Below are positions 56,018 to 64,000 of a DNA stretch of 64,000 nucleotides, in pieces; position 1 is the stretch's first letter, and each line of letters starts with the position of its first letter. The DNA is from an uncultured Gemmatimonadales bacterium (GTDB lineage: Bacteria; Gemmatimonadota; Gemmatimonadetes; Longimicrobiales; Longimicrobiaceae), in NCBI GenBank assembly GCA_963716255.1, contig OY970303.1, positions 4,608,001 through 4,672,000 of the forward strand. Direction: 5' to 3'. The position numbers and the translations under genes are program-made. The notes under the pieces were generated by a model. The model had not been told where the DNA came from. It saw only the letters and a program-made list of their open reading frames with translations, and searched no databases.

Positions 56018-56269
56018 ATGGTAACGGTTCACCGGCAGTTTGGATTCCGCGTCGTGATCTACCCGAGCGGGCGCGAGCACGGGCCGCCGCACGTGCACGT
56101 GTTCAACGCCGACGGCGAGGCGAAGGTCACGCTCGGCGACGCGGACGAGGCGCCCGCGCTCGTGCTGGTGGTTGGAATGCGGAAGACCGACGCGGCGCAC
56201 GCGCTGCGGATCGTGGAGGAGCGGCAGGAAACCTTTCTCGCGAGGTGGAGGGAGTACCATGGCCCGTAG
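56018..56269 (+). CDS. DUF4160 family protein (putative toxin)
   Basis: GFRVVIY..EHGPPHVHV..EAK..W.EYHG. Confidence 0.85.
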   Translation: MVTVHRQFGFRVVIYPSGREHGPPHVHVFNADGEAKVTLGDADEAPALVLVVGMRKTDAAHALRIVEERQETFLARWREYHGP

Positions 56270-56771
56270 CTGGAAGCCCGCGACCGACGCGGAGATCGAG
56301 CGGCAGTACGCGGAAGCCGTGGAGGCGGGCCGCGCCGCCGAGGAGGCCGGGCCACGCGCCGCGAGCGCGCGCTACGACCGGCACACCGGACGCGTGGAGG
56401 TGGAGCTGGTGGGCGGCTGCCTGTTCGCCTTCCCGGCGGAGATGGGGCAGGGGCTGCGCGGCGCCTCGCCGGACGAGCTGGCCGGGGTGGAGGTGACGCC
56501 GGGCGGCTACGGGCTGCACTGGCAGGCGCTGGACGCGGACCTCGCCGTCCCCGCGCTGATGGCGGGGGTGTTCGGGACCGAGGCGTGGATGCGGGAGCTG
56601 GGGCGCGCCGGAGGACGGAGCACGAGCGACGCCAAGGCCGCGGCCGCGCGCGCGAACGGCCGCAAGGGGGGGCGTCCGCGCGGGGACGCCGCGGAGGGCA
56701 GGCCGACGCGCCGGGTCGCCGAGCGCAAGGCGGAGTACGGCGCGGAGGGAGAGGGGAAGGACGAGGGCTGA
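56259..56771 (+). CDS. DUF2442 family protein (putative antitoxin)
   Basis: GLHW.ALDADL.VPAL; AKAAAARANGRKGGRP tail. Confidence 0.85.
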   Translation: MARSWKPATDAEIERQYAEAVEAGRAAEEAGPRAASARYDRHTGRVEVELVGGCLFAFPAEMGQGLRGASPDELAGVEVTPGGYGLHWQALDADLAVPALMAGVFGTEAWMRELGRAGGRSTSDAKAAAARANGRKGGRPRGDAAEGRPTRRVAERKAEYGAEGEGKDEG

Positions 56772-56816
56772 TCGGCGGAGCGTGCCGTGCGCTGGAAGCC
56801 GGCGCGTTGCTCTGCC

Positions 56817-56853
56817 GCCCGACCCCGGCGCAGCCGGGGGCACGCCCGAGCCC
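56817..56853 (+). repeat. Family B 3'-end fragment
   Basis: GCCCGACCCCGGCGCAGCCGGGGGCACGCCCGAGCCC. Confidence 0.7.
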
Positions 56854-56886
56854 GCCGCAGACGTTCCCGGCCGGTCAGCGCCGTTC

Positions 56887-58191
56887 TCATGCTTCCAGTG
56901 GGCTCACGAGGACCTTGTCGACCCGGTGGCCGTCCATGTCCACCACCTCCACCCGGAGCGCGCCCGTGTCGAAGCGGTCGCCCGGGGACGGCACCCGCCC
57001 CAGGTGCGTGAGCACGAAGCCGGCGACGGTGCGGAACTCCTCGCGGTCCTCTTCGCGGCGCTCGGGGAGCCCCAGCGCCTCCCTGAACTCCTCCATCTGC
57101 ATGGCGCCGTCCACCAGCCAGGAGCCGTCGTCCCGGCGGACCACGCCGGGGCTCGCCGGCGCTCCCGCGAGCGCCAGGTCGCCGACGATTTCCTCCAGCA
57201 GGTCGTTGAGCGTCACCAGCCCCTCGATCCCGCCGTACTCGTCGACCACCAGCGCCAGGTGGGTGCCGCTCTCCCGGAACAGCTCCAGCACCCGGAGCGC
57301 ACGGGTGCTTTCCGGGACGAAGAGCGGCCTGCGCAGCACGGCGCGCAGGTCGTCCACCGCCTCGCCGGCCAGGCTGCGGGCCCACAGGTCCTTGACCTCC
57401 ACCATCCCCACCACCCGGTCCAGCGTTTCCTCGCACACCAGGAAGCGCGAGAAGCGGTGCCGCGACATGATCTCGCGGTTGGTCTCGGGCGGCGCGTCCG
57501 CGTCCAGCCACACCACCCGGCGCCGCGGCGTCATCAGCGAGGCGACCCGCTGGTCGCCCAGCCAGAAGACGCGCTCCACGATGTCCTGCTCGGCTTCCTC
57601 GAACACCCCGGCCTGCGTCCCCTGCTGCATCAGCATGGAGATCTCCGCCTCGGTGACCGGAGGCTCGTCGGCGCGGCGGATCCCCAGCAGGCGGAGCACC
57701 GCCTCGGTGGAGACGGTGAGCAGGCTCACCAGCGGCGACGAGACCCGCGAAAGCACGTTCATGGGCCCGGCGACCGCGGCGGCGATCCGCTCGGGGTGGC
57801 TCAGCCCGATGCGCTTGGGGACCAGCTCGCCGACGATGAGCGAGAGGTAGGTGATTGCGAGCACCACCACGCCGAGCGCGACTCCGTCCGCGTACGGCGC
57901 GACGGCGGGATGGCGCCGCAGCGTCTCGGCGAAGGGCGCGGCGATGGTGGCCCCGCCGAAGGCGCCGGCCAGGACCCCCACCATGGTGATCCCCACCTGC
58001 ACGGTGGAAAGGAACCGGTTGGGGTTCTCGGCCAGCTCCAGGGCGCGCCGCGCCCCCACGTCGCCCGCTTCGGCGCGCTGCTGGAGCCGCGCCTTGCGGG
58101 ACGAGACCACGGCGATCTCCGACATGGCGAACACCCCGTTCACCACCAGGAGCAGCAGGACCAGCAGGATCTCGGTGCCTACTCCCCCCAT
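56887..58191 (-). CDS. HlyC/CorC (CNNM, CBS) family transporter
   Basis: NGVFAMSEIA, VQVGIT, GELVPK, MTPR, VVDEYGG.EGLVTL.D. Confidence 0.92.
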   Translation of the reverse strand: MGGVGTEILLVLLLLVVNGVFAMSEIAVVSSRKARLQQRAEAGDVGARRALELAENPNRFLSTVQVGITMVGVLAGAFGGATIAAPFAETLRRHPAVAPYADGVALGVVVLAITYLSLIVGELVPKRIGLSHPERIAAAVAGPMNVLSRVSSPLVSLLTVSTEAVLRLLGIRRADEPPVTEAEISMLMQQGTQAGVFEEAEQDIVERVFWLGDQRVASLMTPRRRVVWLDADAPPETNREIMSRHRFSRFLVCEETLDRVVGMVEVKDLWARSLAGEAVDDLRAVLRRPLFVPESTRALRVLELFRESGTHLALVVDEYGGIEGLVTLNDLLEEIVGDLALAGAPASPGVVRRDDGSWLVDGAMQMEEFREALGLPERREEDREEFRTVAGFVLTHLGRVPSPGDRFDTGALRVEVVDMDGHRVDKVLVSPLEA

Positions 58192-58231
58192 CCCGCTCTC
58201 CTCGCGCGCGGCCGGGGTGCTCGTGCGTCGC

Positions 58232-59245
58232 TCATCGCTTCTCCTCGGGAGGGATCGGGGCCCGGTGCGGCTCCGGCGGGTCGCGGAGCGGGTCGTGCTC
58301 CACGGGGTCGTTCTCCGCGGCCGTCTTGGGGAACAATAGCGACGCGGCCACGGACCCGGCCAGCACCAGCGCGATCACCCCCAGCGAGATGCCGATGGGG
58401 ATCTTGTACACGTCCACCAGCAGCATCTTGGCGCCCACGAACACCAGCACGATCGCCAGCCCCAGCTTGAGGTAGTGGAAGCGGTGGATGACGCCCGCCA
58501 GCAGGAAGTACAGCGACCGCAGCCCCAGGATGGCGAAGACGTTGGAGGTGTAGACCAGGAACGGGTCGGTGGTGACGGCGAAGATGGCCGGGATGGAATC
58601 GACCGCGAAGATCAGGTCGGTGGTCTCCACCAGCACCAGCACCACGAAGAGCGGTGTCGCCACGCGGCGCACGCCCCCGTCCGGACCGGCGAACTTGTTG
58701 ACGAAGAAGTTCTGCCCGTGGTAGTCGGGGGTCACCGGGATGAAGCGGCGCACCAGCCGGATCACCGGGTTGCTCTCCGGCTCGATGTCGTGCTCGTCCT
58801 GCGTGGCCATGCGGAGGCCGGTGAACACCAGGAACGCGCCGAAGACGTAGATGATCCAGTGGAAGCGCTCGATGAGCACCGCGCCCGCCGCGATCATCCC
58901 GCCGCGCATGACCAGCGCCCCCAGGATCCCCCAGAACAGCACGCGGTGCTGGTAGCGCGGCGGGACCTGGAAGTACGAGAAGATCAGGACGATGACGAAG
59001 ATGTTGTCGACCGAGAGCGCCTTCTCGATCAGGTATCCCGTGAGGAACTCGAGCCCGGCCTGCGGGCCCATGAAGCGGTAGATACCGAAGTTGAAGACCA
59101 GGGCGAGCGTCACCCACAGCGCGCTCCACCCCGCGGCTTCCTTCATGGAGACCTCGTGGGCCTCCTTGTGGAACACGCCCAGGTCGAGCGCCAGCATCGC
59201 CAGCACGAAAACGTTGAACCCGACGTACAGCCAGAGCTGGTCCAT
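58232..59245 (-). CDS. TerC/Alx family membrane protein
   Basis: EKALSVDNIFV, VLFWGILGALVMR, DLIFAVDSIPA, SNVFAILGLRSLY. Confidence 0.93.
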   Translation of the reverse strand: MDQLWLYVGFNVFVLAMLALDLGVFHKEAHEVSMKEAAGWSALWVTLALVFNFGIYRFMGPQAGLEFLTGYLIEKALSVDNIFVIVLIFSYFQVPPRYQHRVLFWGILGALVMRGGMIAAGAVLIERFHWIIYVFGAFLVFTGLRMATQDEHDIEPESNPVIRLVRRFIPVTPDYHGQNFFVNKFAGPDGGVRRVATPLFVVLVLVETTDLIFAVDSIPAIFAVTTDPFLVYTSNVFAILGLRSLYFLLAGVIHRFHYLKLGLAIVLVFVGAKMLLVDVYKIPIGISLGVIALVLAGSVAASLLFPKTAAENDPVEHDPLRDPPEPHRAPIPPEEKR

Positions 59246-59342
59246 GGTGGCTCGGTGGTTCGGGACTGCGGGGCCCGCGTCCGCGGGGCCCCGCTCTCAG
59301 GTCGGTCGGGATCGCAGCACGGTGCGCGCCGCGTGCGCCGGA

Positions 59343-60212
59343 CTAGCGGCGGGCGGCGAGCAGTTCCAGCCGCGCGACGCGCTCCTCGGTGGGCGGGTGG
59401 GTGGAGAACATCCTCGCGATCCCCCCTCCGTGTGCGGCCAGCGGGTTCACCTGCGCCAGCGGCGCGGCGGCGGGCGCCACGTCCATGGGGATGCGGTGCG
59501 CGTACGCGTCCAGCCTGCGCAGCGCGCCGGCGAGCGCAAGCGGCTTGCCGCTGATCTCCGCGCCCACGGCGTCCGCCTTGAACTCGCGCTGCCGGGAGAT
59601 GGCCATCTGCACCAGCGAGGCGGCGATGGGCGCCAGGATCATCATGGCCAGCCCGCCGGCTGCGCCGCCTTCCTCCTCGTCGTCGCGCCCGCCAAGGAGC
59701 GCTCCCCACATCGCCATCTGCCCCAGCTGTGACACGGCGCCGGCCAGGGTGGCGGTGACGGTCTGGAGGAGCATGTCGCGGTTCCTGATGTGCGCCAGCT
59801 CGTGCGCGATCACCCCCTCCAGCTCGTCGGCGCTCACCAGCCCCACGATCCCTTCGGTGACGCACACCACGGCGTGCTCGGGATTCCTGCCGGTGGCGAA
59901 GGCGTTGGGCTGGGCGTGCGGCGCCACGGCCACGGTGGGCATGGGGAGCCCGGCCCGCTGCCGCAGCCGGTCCACCATGCGGAACAGCTCGGGGGCCTCG
60001 GCCTCGGTCACGACGCGCGCGCCGTACATGCGCATCACCATGTCCGCCGACTTGTAGTACATGAAGAAGTTGATCCCGCCGGCCAGGAGCAGGGCGATCA
60101 TCACCCCGCCCTGGCCGCCGAGCGCGAACCCCACCGCACCGACCAGGCTGGTGAGGAGGGCCATGAGCCCGAAGACTTTGACGTTGTTCACGAGAGTTTT
60201 TCGCGTAGCCAC
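59343..60212 (-). CDS. htpX: Zinc metalloprotease HtpX (M48)
   Basis: PNAFATGR, HELAH, SRQREFKAD, FSTHPP; GGAGG RBS and GTG start. Confidence 0.92.
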   Translation of the reverse strand: MATRKTLVNNVKVFGLMALLTSLVGAVGFALGGQGGVMIALLLAGGINFFMYYKSADMVMRMYGARVVTEAEAPELFRMVDRLRQRAGLPMPTVAVAPHAQPNAFATGRNPEHAVVCVTEGIVGLVSADELEGVIAHELAHIRNRDMLLQTVTATLAGAVSQLGQMAMWGALLGGRDDEEEGGAAGGLAMMILAPIAASLVQMAISRQREFKADAVGAEISGKPLALAGALRRLDAYAHRIPMDVAPAAAPLAQVNPLAAHGGGIARMFSTHPPTEERVARLELLAARR

Positions 60213-60301
60213 GTTCCCTCCGCCGCGCCGGACGGCGCGGCGGCGCGGTCCCCACGCACGCGCGCGGGGAGACGCCTGTTCCACTGTGGTGTGGGTGGGG
60301 G

Positions 60302-60631
60302 CTACGCGGGAGGTCCGCGCGGGTACCCGGAGCGGAGGGCGATGGAGCGGGGCGAGGCCGTGCGCCCCGCGGCCGGGGCGGACGCGCGGGTCCACGTGCC
60401 CAGCAGCGGCGGCTCGAAGGCCGCGGCGGGGAGCGCCGGACCGGGGCCGTCGGGGAGGTCGGGAAGCAGCCGTGCGGCGGGGCCGCGCGCGCCGGAGTGG
60501 CGCACCCAGGCGTGCCCGCCCTTGGCGTCGGGGTGGACTTCCTGGGCGAGCGCGATCCCCTGGTCCACCCCGAAGGCGAGGAGGACGACCCAGAGCAGGT
60601 GCCGTAGCCGGAAATGGAGATGCGCGCTCAT
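60302..60631 (-). CDS. Signal-peptide ORF ending in RGPPA (candidate ribosome-arrest leader)
   Basis: MSAHLHFRLRHLLWVVLLAFGVDQGIALA...GYPRGPPA*; directly upstream of htpX. Confidence 0.55.
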   Translation of the reverse strand: MSAHLHFRLRHLLWVVLLAFGVDQGIALAQEVHPDAKGGHAWVRHSGARGPAARLLPDLPDGPGPALPAAAFEPPLLGTWTRASAPAAGRTASPRSIALRSGYPRGPPA

Positions 60632-60718
60632 GCCCACGAATCTACTGCGATTCGCAGGCCGCTCAAGGTGTGTTTAGGGTGTGACGATGGTGGCGGGTGG
60701 GCGTCGGGCGGTTCGTGT

Positions 60719-61795
60719 CTACGCCAGGTCGTGGATGCGCCCGCGCTCCAGCGCCGCGGCGGCCATGCGCCCGCAGGCGCGGACCACGTGGACCAGCCCG
60801 CCGAAGCGCGGGTCCCGCGTGTGGCCCCGGAGGAAGCGCGCGTAGATCTGCTGGGCGATGACGGCGACCTTGAACAGGCCGTACACGTAGTGGAAGAGGA
60901 TGCCAGACACGTCGCGCCCGCTGCGCTCGGCGTACGCCTCCGCCACGCCGCGGCGGTCCAGGTTGCCGGGGAGCCAGGTGACGCCGAACTGCCGCAGCTC
61001 GGGCGGGTCCCCCGCTTCCGCCCAGTAGCCGAGCGTGGTCCCCAGGTCCAGGAGCGGGTCGCCGACGGTCGCCATCTCCCAGTCGAGCACCGCCCGCACG
61101 CGCGACGGGTCGGCGGGGTCCAGCACCAGGTTGTCGTACTTGTAGTCGTTGTGGACCAGCGTGGCGCCGCCCTCCGCGGGGACGCCGCGCGCCAGCCACG
61201 CCGCCGCCTCCTCCAGCTCGGCGATCTCGTCCGTCTTCGCGCGTATCCAGCGCCCGGTCCACCCCTCCACCTGCCGCGCGGCGTAGCCCTGCGGCCGCCC
61301 CAGCCCCTCCAGCCCCGCCGCGGCGGGGTCGATGGCGTGCAGCTCCACCAGCGTGTCCACCAGCGCCAGGCACACGGCGCGCATCCGCTCCGGCGTCAGC
61401 TCCAGCCCCTCCGGCGGGCGATGGCGCAGGATAATGCCCGGAACGCGCTCCATCAGGTAGAAAGGCGCACCGAGCACGGCCGGGTCCGCGCACAGCGCGA
61501 GCGGGCGGGGTACCTTCGGGTAGACGGGCCGCAGCCCGGACAGGACGCGGAACTCGCGCTCCATGTCGTGCCCGCCGCGCACGTCCGCCCCGTGGGGCGG
61601 GCGCCGCAGCACCATCTCCCGCCCGCCCGCGCGCACCAGGTAGGTGAGGTTGGAGAACCCGCGCGGGAACTGCTCGACGCGGACGGGCCCGGCGAGCTCG
61701 GGCAGCGTCTCGCGGAGGAACGCCGCGAGCGCCGCCGGGTCCAGCTCCTCCCCGGCGCGCACGGCCGCCGGCCGGTCGATGGGATCGCGCTCCAA
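60719..61795 (-). CDS. APH-like phosphotransferase (ACAD10/11 N-terminal type)
   Basis: QFPRGFSNLTY, VLRRPP, HDMEREF, HNDYKYDN, LDWEMATVGDPL; TTG start inferred. Confidence 0.88.
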   Translation of the reverse strand: MERDPIDRPAAVRAGEELDPAALAAFLRETLPELAGPVRVEQFPRGFSNLTYLVRAGGREMVLRRPPHGADVRGGHDMEREFRVLSGLRPVYPKVPRPLALCADPAVLGAPFYLMERVPGIILRHRPPEGLELTPERMRAVCLALVDTLVELHAIDPAAAGLEGLGRPQGYAARQVEGWTGRWIRAKTDEIAELEEAAAWLARGVPAEGGATLVHNDYKYDNLVLDPADPSRVRAVLDWEMATVGDPLLDLGTTLGYWAEAGDPPELRQFGVTWLPGNLDRRGVAEAYAERSGRDVSGILFHYVYGLFKVAVIAQQIYARFLRGHTRDPRFGGLVHVVRACGRMAAAALERGRIHDLA

Positions 61796-61830
61796 GCTCC
61801 GCCTCCGTGCTGGGGATGTATGTGCGTCGG

Positions 61831-61914
61831 CCCTCACCCGGCGGCCTGAGAGCCGCCACCCTCTCCCTTCATACGGTTCACGCGAAGCGTGAAGCGCCAT
61901 TCTGGGAGAGGGGG
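61831..61914. repeat. Family C REP-like element
   Basis: ccctcacccggcggcctgagagccgccaccctctccc...gggagagggg. Confidence 0.6.
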
Positions 61915-61947
61915 CAACTGCTGGATCCTGAGAACGGGCAGGCAGTT

Positions 61948-62082
61948 GCGTGAGGGATTACGGCCCGAAGGGGCGAGACCCGCGGGCAGTTTCGCGGGGC
62001 TCGACTCCGTTAGCCCGCGTTGTTTGCGGGCTTACGGAGCCGAAGCCCGACCCCGGCGCCAGCCGGGGGCACGCCCGAACCC
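61948..62082 (+). repeat. Family B repeat copy 4
   Basis: GCGTGAGGGATTACGGCCCGAAGGGG...GCACGCCCGAACCC. Confidence 0.88.
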
Positions 62083-62111
62083 GCCGTCAAAATCCGTTGC
62101 GGTTCAGCAGT

Positions 62112-63308
62112 TCACCGGACTCCGTACTCCTTGAGGATCTCCCGCGCGACCAGAGACTTGTGCACTTCGTCCGGCCCGTCGTAGATGCGCGCCCCACGCT
62201 CGTGCCGGTACCAGAAGGACAGCAGCAGGTCGTCGGTGATGCCGAGCGCCCCGTGGACCTGGACGGCACGGTCCAGCACCCGCTGAAGCACCCCCGCCAC
62301 GAAGAACTTGATCGTCGACACCTGCACCCGCGCCGCCCGCGCGCCCCCGCGGTCGATGCGCTCCGCCGTGTCCAGCGTCATCAGCCGCGCCGCGTCGATC
62401 TCCGCGCGCGACTCGGCGATCCAGTGCTGCACCGCCTGCCGCGATGCCAGCGGCTCCCCGGGCGACAGCTCACGGTCCGCGGCGCGGCGGCACATCATCT
62501 CGAAGGCCCGCTCGCAGACCCCGATCCAGCGCATGCAGTGGTGGATGCGCCCCGGCCCCAGCCGCTCCTGCGCGAGCGGGAACCCCGCCCCCTCCGCCCC
62601 GATGCGGTTCTCCACGGGCACCCGGCACCCCTCGAAGACCACCTCGGCGTGGCTGAAGTAGTCCTCGCCGGCCTCGCCCATGACCGGGATGTTGCGGACG
62701 ATGCGGAAGCCCGGCGTGCCGGCGGGGACCAGGATCTGGCTGGCGCGGGCGTGCGGCGTGTCCGCGTCCGGGCGGGTGACCGCCATGACGATGGCGAACG
62801 CGGCGCCGTCCGCCGCGGAGGTGAACCACTTGTGCCCGTCGATCACGTAGTCGCCGCCGTCTCGCACGGCGCGGGTGGACAGGTGCACGGGGTTGGAGCC
62901 GGCGTGCTCCGGCTCGGTCATGGCGAAGCAGCTCCGCACCTCGCCGCGGACCAGGGGCTCCAGGAAGCGGCGCCGCTGCTCCGGCGTCCCGTGCGCGTGC
63001 AGCAGCTCCATGTTGCCGACGTCCGGCGCCTGGCAGTTGAAGGCCAGGTGCCCCAGCGGGGAGCGCCCCAGCTCCTCGCTGACCCGCCCGAACTCCGCCA
63101 GGGAGAGGCCCGGCCCGCCCAGCTCCCGGGGCAGCTGCGGCGCCCACATCCCCAGCTCCTTGACCCGGGCGCGCGCCTCCGCCAGCGCGGGGAGGAGCCG
63201 GCGGAAGGGCTCCGTCCGGAAGCGGTCCTCCAGCGGGAGCAGCTCCTCGCGGACGAAGGCGCGGACGCGCCGGAGCAGCTCCTCCGTGCTGGTCGTGGGC
63301 TCGTGCAT
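62112..63308 (-). CDS. Acyl-CoA dehydrogenase
   Basis: NCQAPDVGNME, CFAMTEP, GHKWF, RLGPGRIHHCMR, RIYDGPDEVH. Confidence 0.93.
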   Translation of the reverse strand: MHEPTTSTEELLRRVRAFVREELLPLEDRFRTEPFRRLLPALAEARARVKELGMWAPQLPRELGGPGLSLAEFGRVSEELGRSPLGHLAFNCQAPDVGNMELLHAHGTPEQRRRFLEPLVRGEVRSCFAMTEPEHAGSNPVHLSTRAVRDGGDYVIDGHKWFTSAADGAAFAIVMAVTRPDADTPHARASQILVPAGTPGFRIVRNIPVMGEAGEDYFSHAEVVFEGCRVPVENRIGAEGAGFPLAQERLGPGRIHHCMRWIGVCERAFEMMCRRAADRELSPGEPLASRQAVQHWIAESRAEIDAARLMTLDTAERIDRGGARAARVQVSTIKFFVAGVLQRVLDRAVQVHGALGITDDLLLSFWYRHERGARIYDGPDEVHKSLVAREILKEYGVR

Positions 63309-63696
63309 GGCGGCGGTCCGGGAGGGCGGTGGGCTCGACGGTGGGGTGCCCGGCTCAACCTACAGCACGGAATGCGCGTTCGACACGGGTCGGTTCACCC
63401 AGGACGAGCGGCAACCCTGGACAGAGGTGGGGCAGGGCTGTCCCGGGGGAATGTACCTGCCGTGCCCCAGAACCCGTGCGCGCGGCAAGGCTTCAAACCT
63501 CCGGGATCTGCGTAAGTCGCTGATTGGAAACGTTTCCAGGGGATCGTGGGGCCCGATGGCGGGGCTGGTCCCGCGGTTGCCTTCGTCCCCGGCGTCCCGC
63601 CGCGCGTGGCCGTTGCGGCGGGGCGAAACGAAGAGGCGGGGCCCCGTGCCCGTGACCGTCATACATCGCAAGCGTCGAGAACCCAGGACCGCACCC

Positions 63697-64000
63697 ATGA
63701 GCCCGACCCGCACCGGACGCCTCCTGCGCTTCCGCTCGCAGGAGGACCCGTCCGTGGAGCCCGACGAGAGCGTGATCGCCGCGGCCCCCTTCCAGGCCAA
63801 CCTGCGCCTGGGGGCCCTCCTCTGGTCGGTGCCGGGGGCGGGCGGCGGGTCGCCCCAGCGGATCGGCACGGCGACGGCATGCGGCCGGATCCTCGATCCG
63901 GCGTTCACTCCGGACGCGAGCTTCGACTTCCATGTGCGCTTCGACCTGCCCGAGGGGCCCGTCACCGCGACCGGCGGCTGCACCCTCATCAGCAACGACC
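63697..64000 (+). CDS. Hypothetical protein, truncated by window end
   Basis: CAGGA RBS then MSPTRTGRLLRFRSQE...FDLPEGPVTATGG; frame open to the edge. Confidence 0.45.
   Translation, partial: MSPTRTGRLLRFRSQEDPSVEPDESVIAAAPFQANLRLGALLWSVPGAGGGSPQRIGTATACGRILDPAFTPDASFDFHVRFDLPEGPVTATGGCTLISND

Noticed and set aside
59246..59342. yybP-ykoY Mn riboswitch upstream of terC
   Set aside because: Only a GC hairpin is visible; conserved riboswitch motifs not recognized

Overview
GC-rich bacterial chromosome segment. The gene set (SusC/SusD, ThyX, imuA-imuB-dnaE2, WaaA) and very high GC suggest Gemmatimonadota (Longimicrobium-like); this is inference. Genes seen: a paaA-D-B-C-like diiron epoxidase cluster, PilZ protein, thyX, corA, frameshifted trpE, SusC-SusC-SusD, ftsH, waaA, uvrA, a tachylectin/DMFase-like fusion, M16 peptidase and amidohydrolase pairs, imuA-imuB-dnaE2 interrupted by a PIN module, Rrf2/TrxB-like pair, gyrA, mrdA, rho, a two-component pair, an ABC exporter, DUF4160/DUF2442, htpX-terC-corC and acyl-CoA dehydrogenase. 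No tRNA, rRNA, CRISPR array or transposase was seen. Four signals stand out. (1) Two unlinked secreted 6-Cys defensin-like peptides share an LxFGAxQAFA leader. (2) An 11-bp-phased TCGG direct repeat overlaps the promoters of both uvrA and imuA (candidate SOS operator). (3) Two dispersed repeat families are built from one hairpin unit with covarying stems, an AAAC(A/T)GCC loop and a C:T mismatch. (4) A signal-peptide ORF ending in RGPP lies upstream of htpX-terC-corC (candidate arrest peptide).
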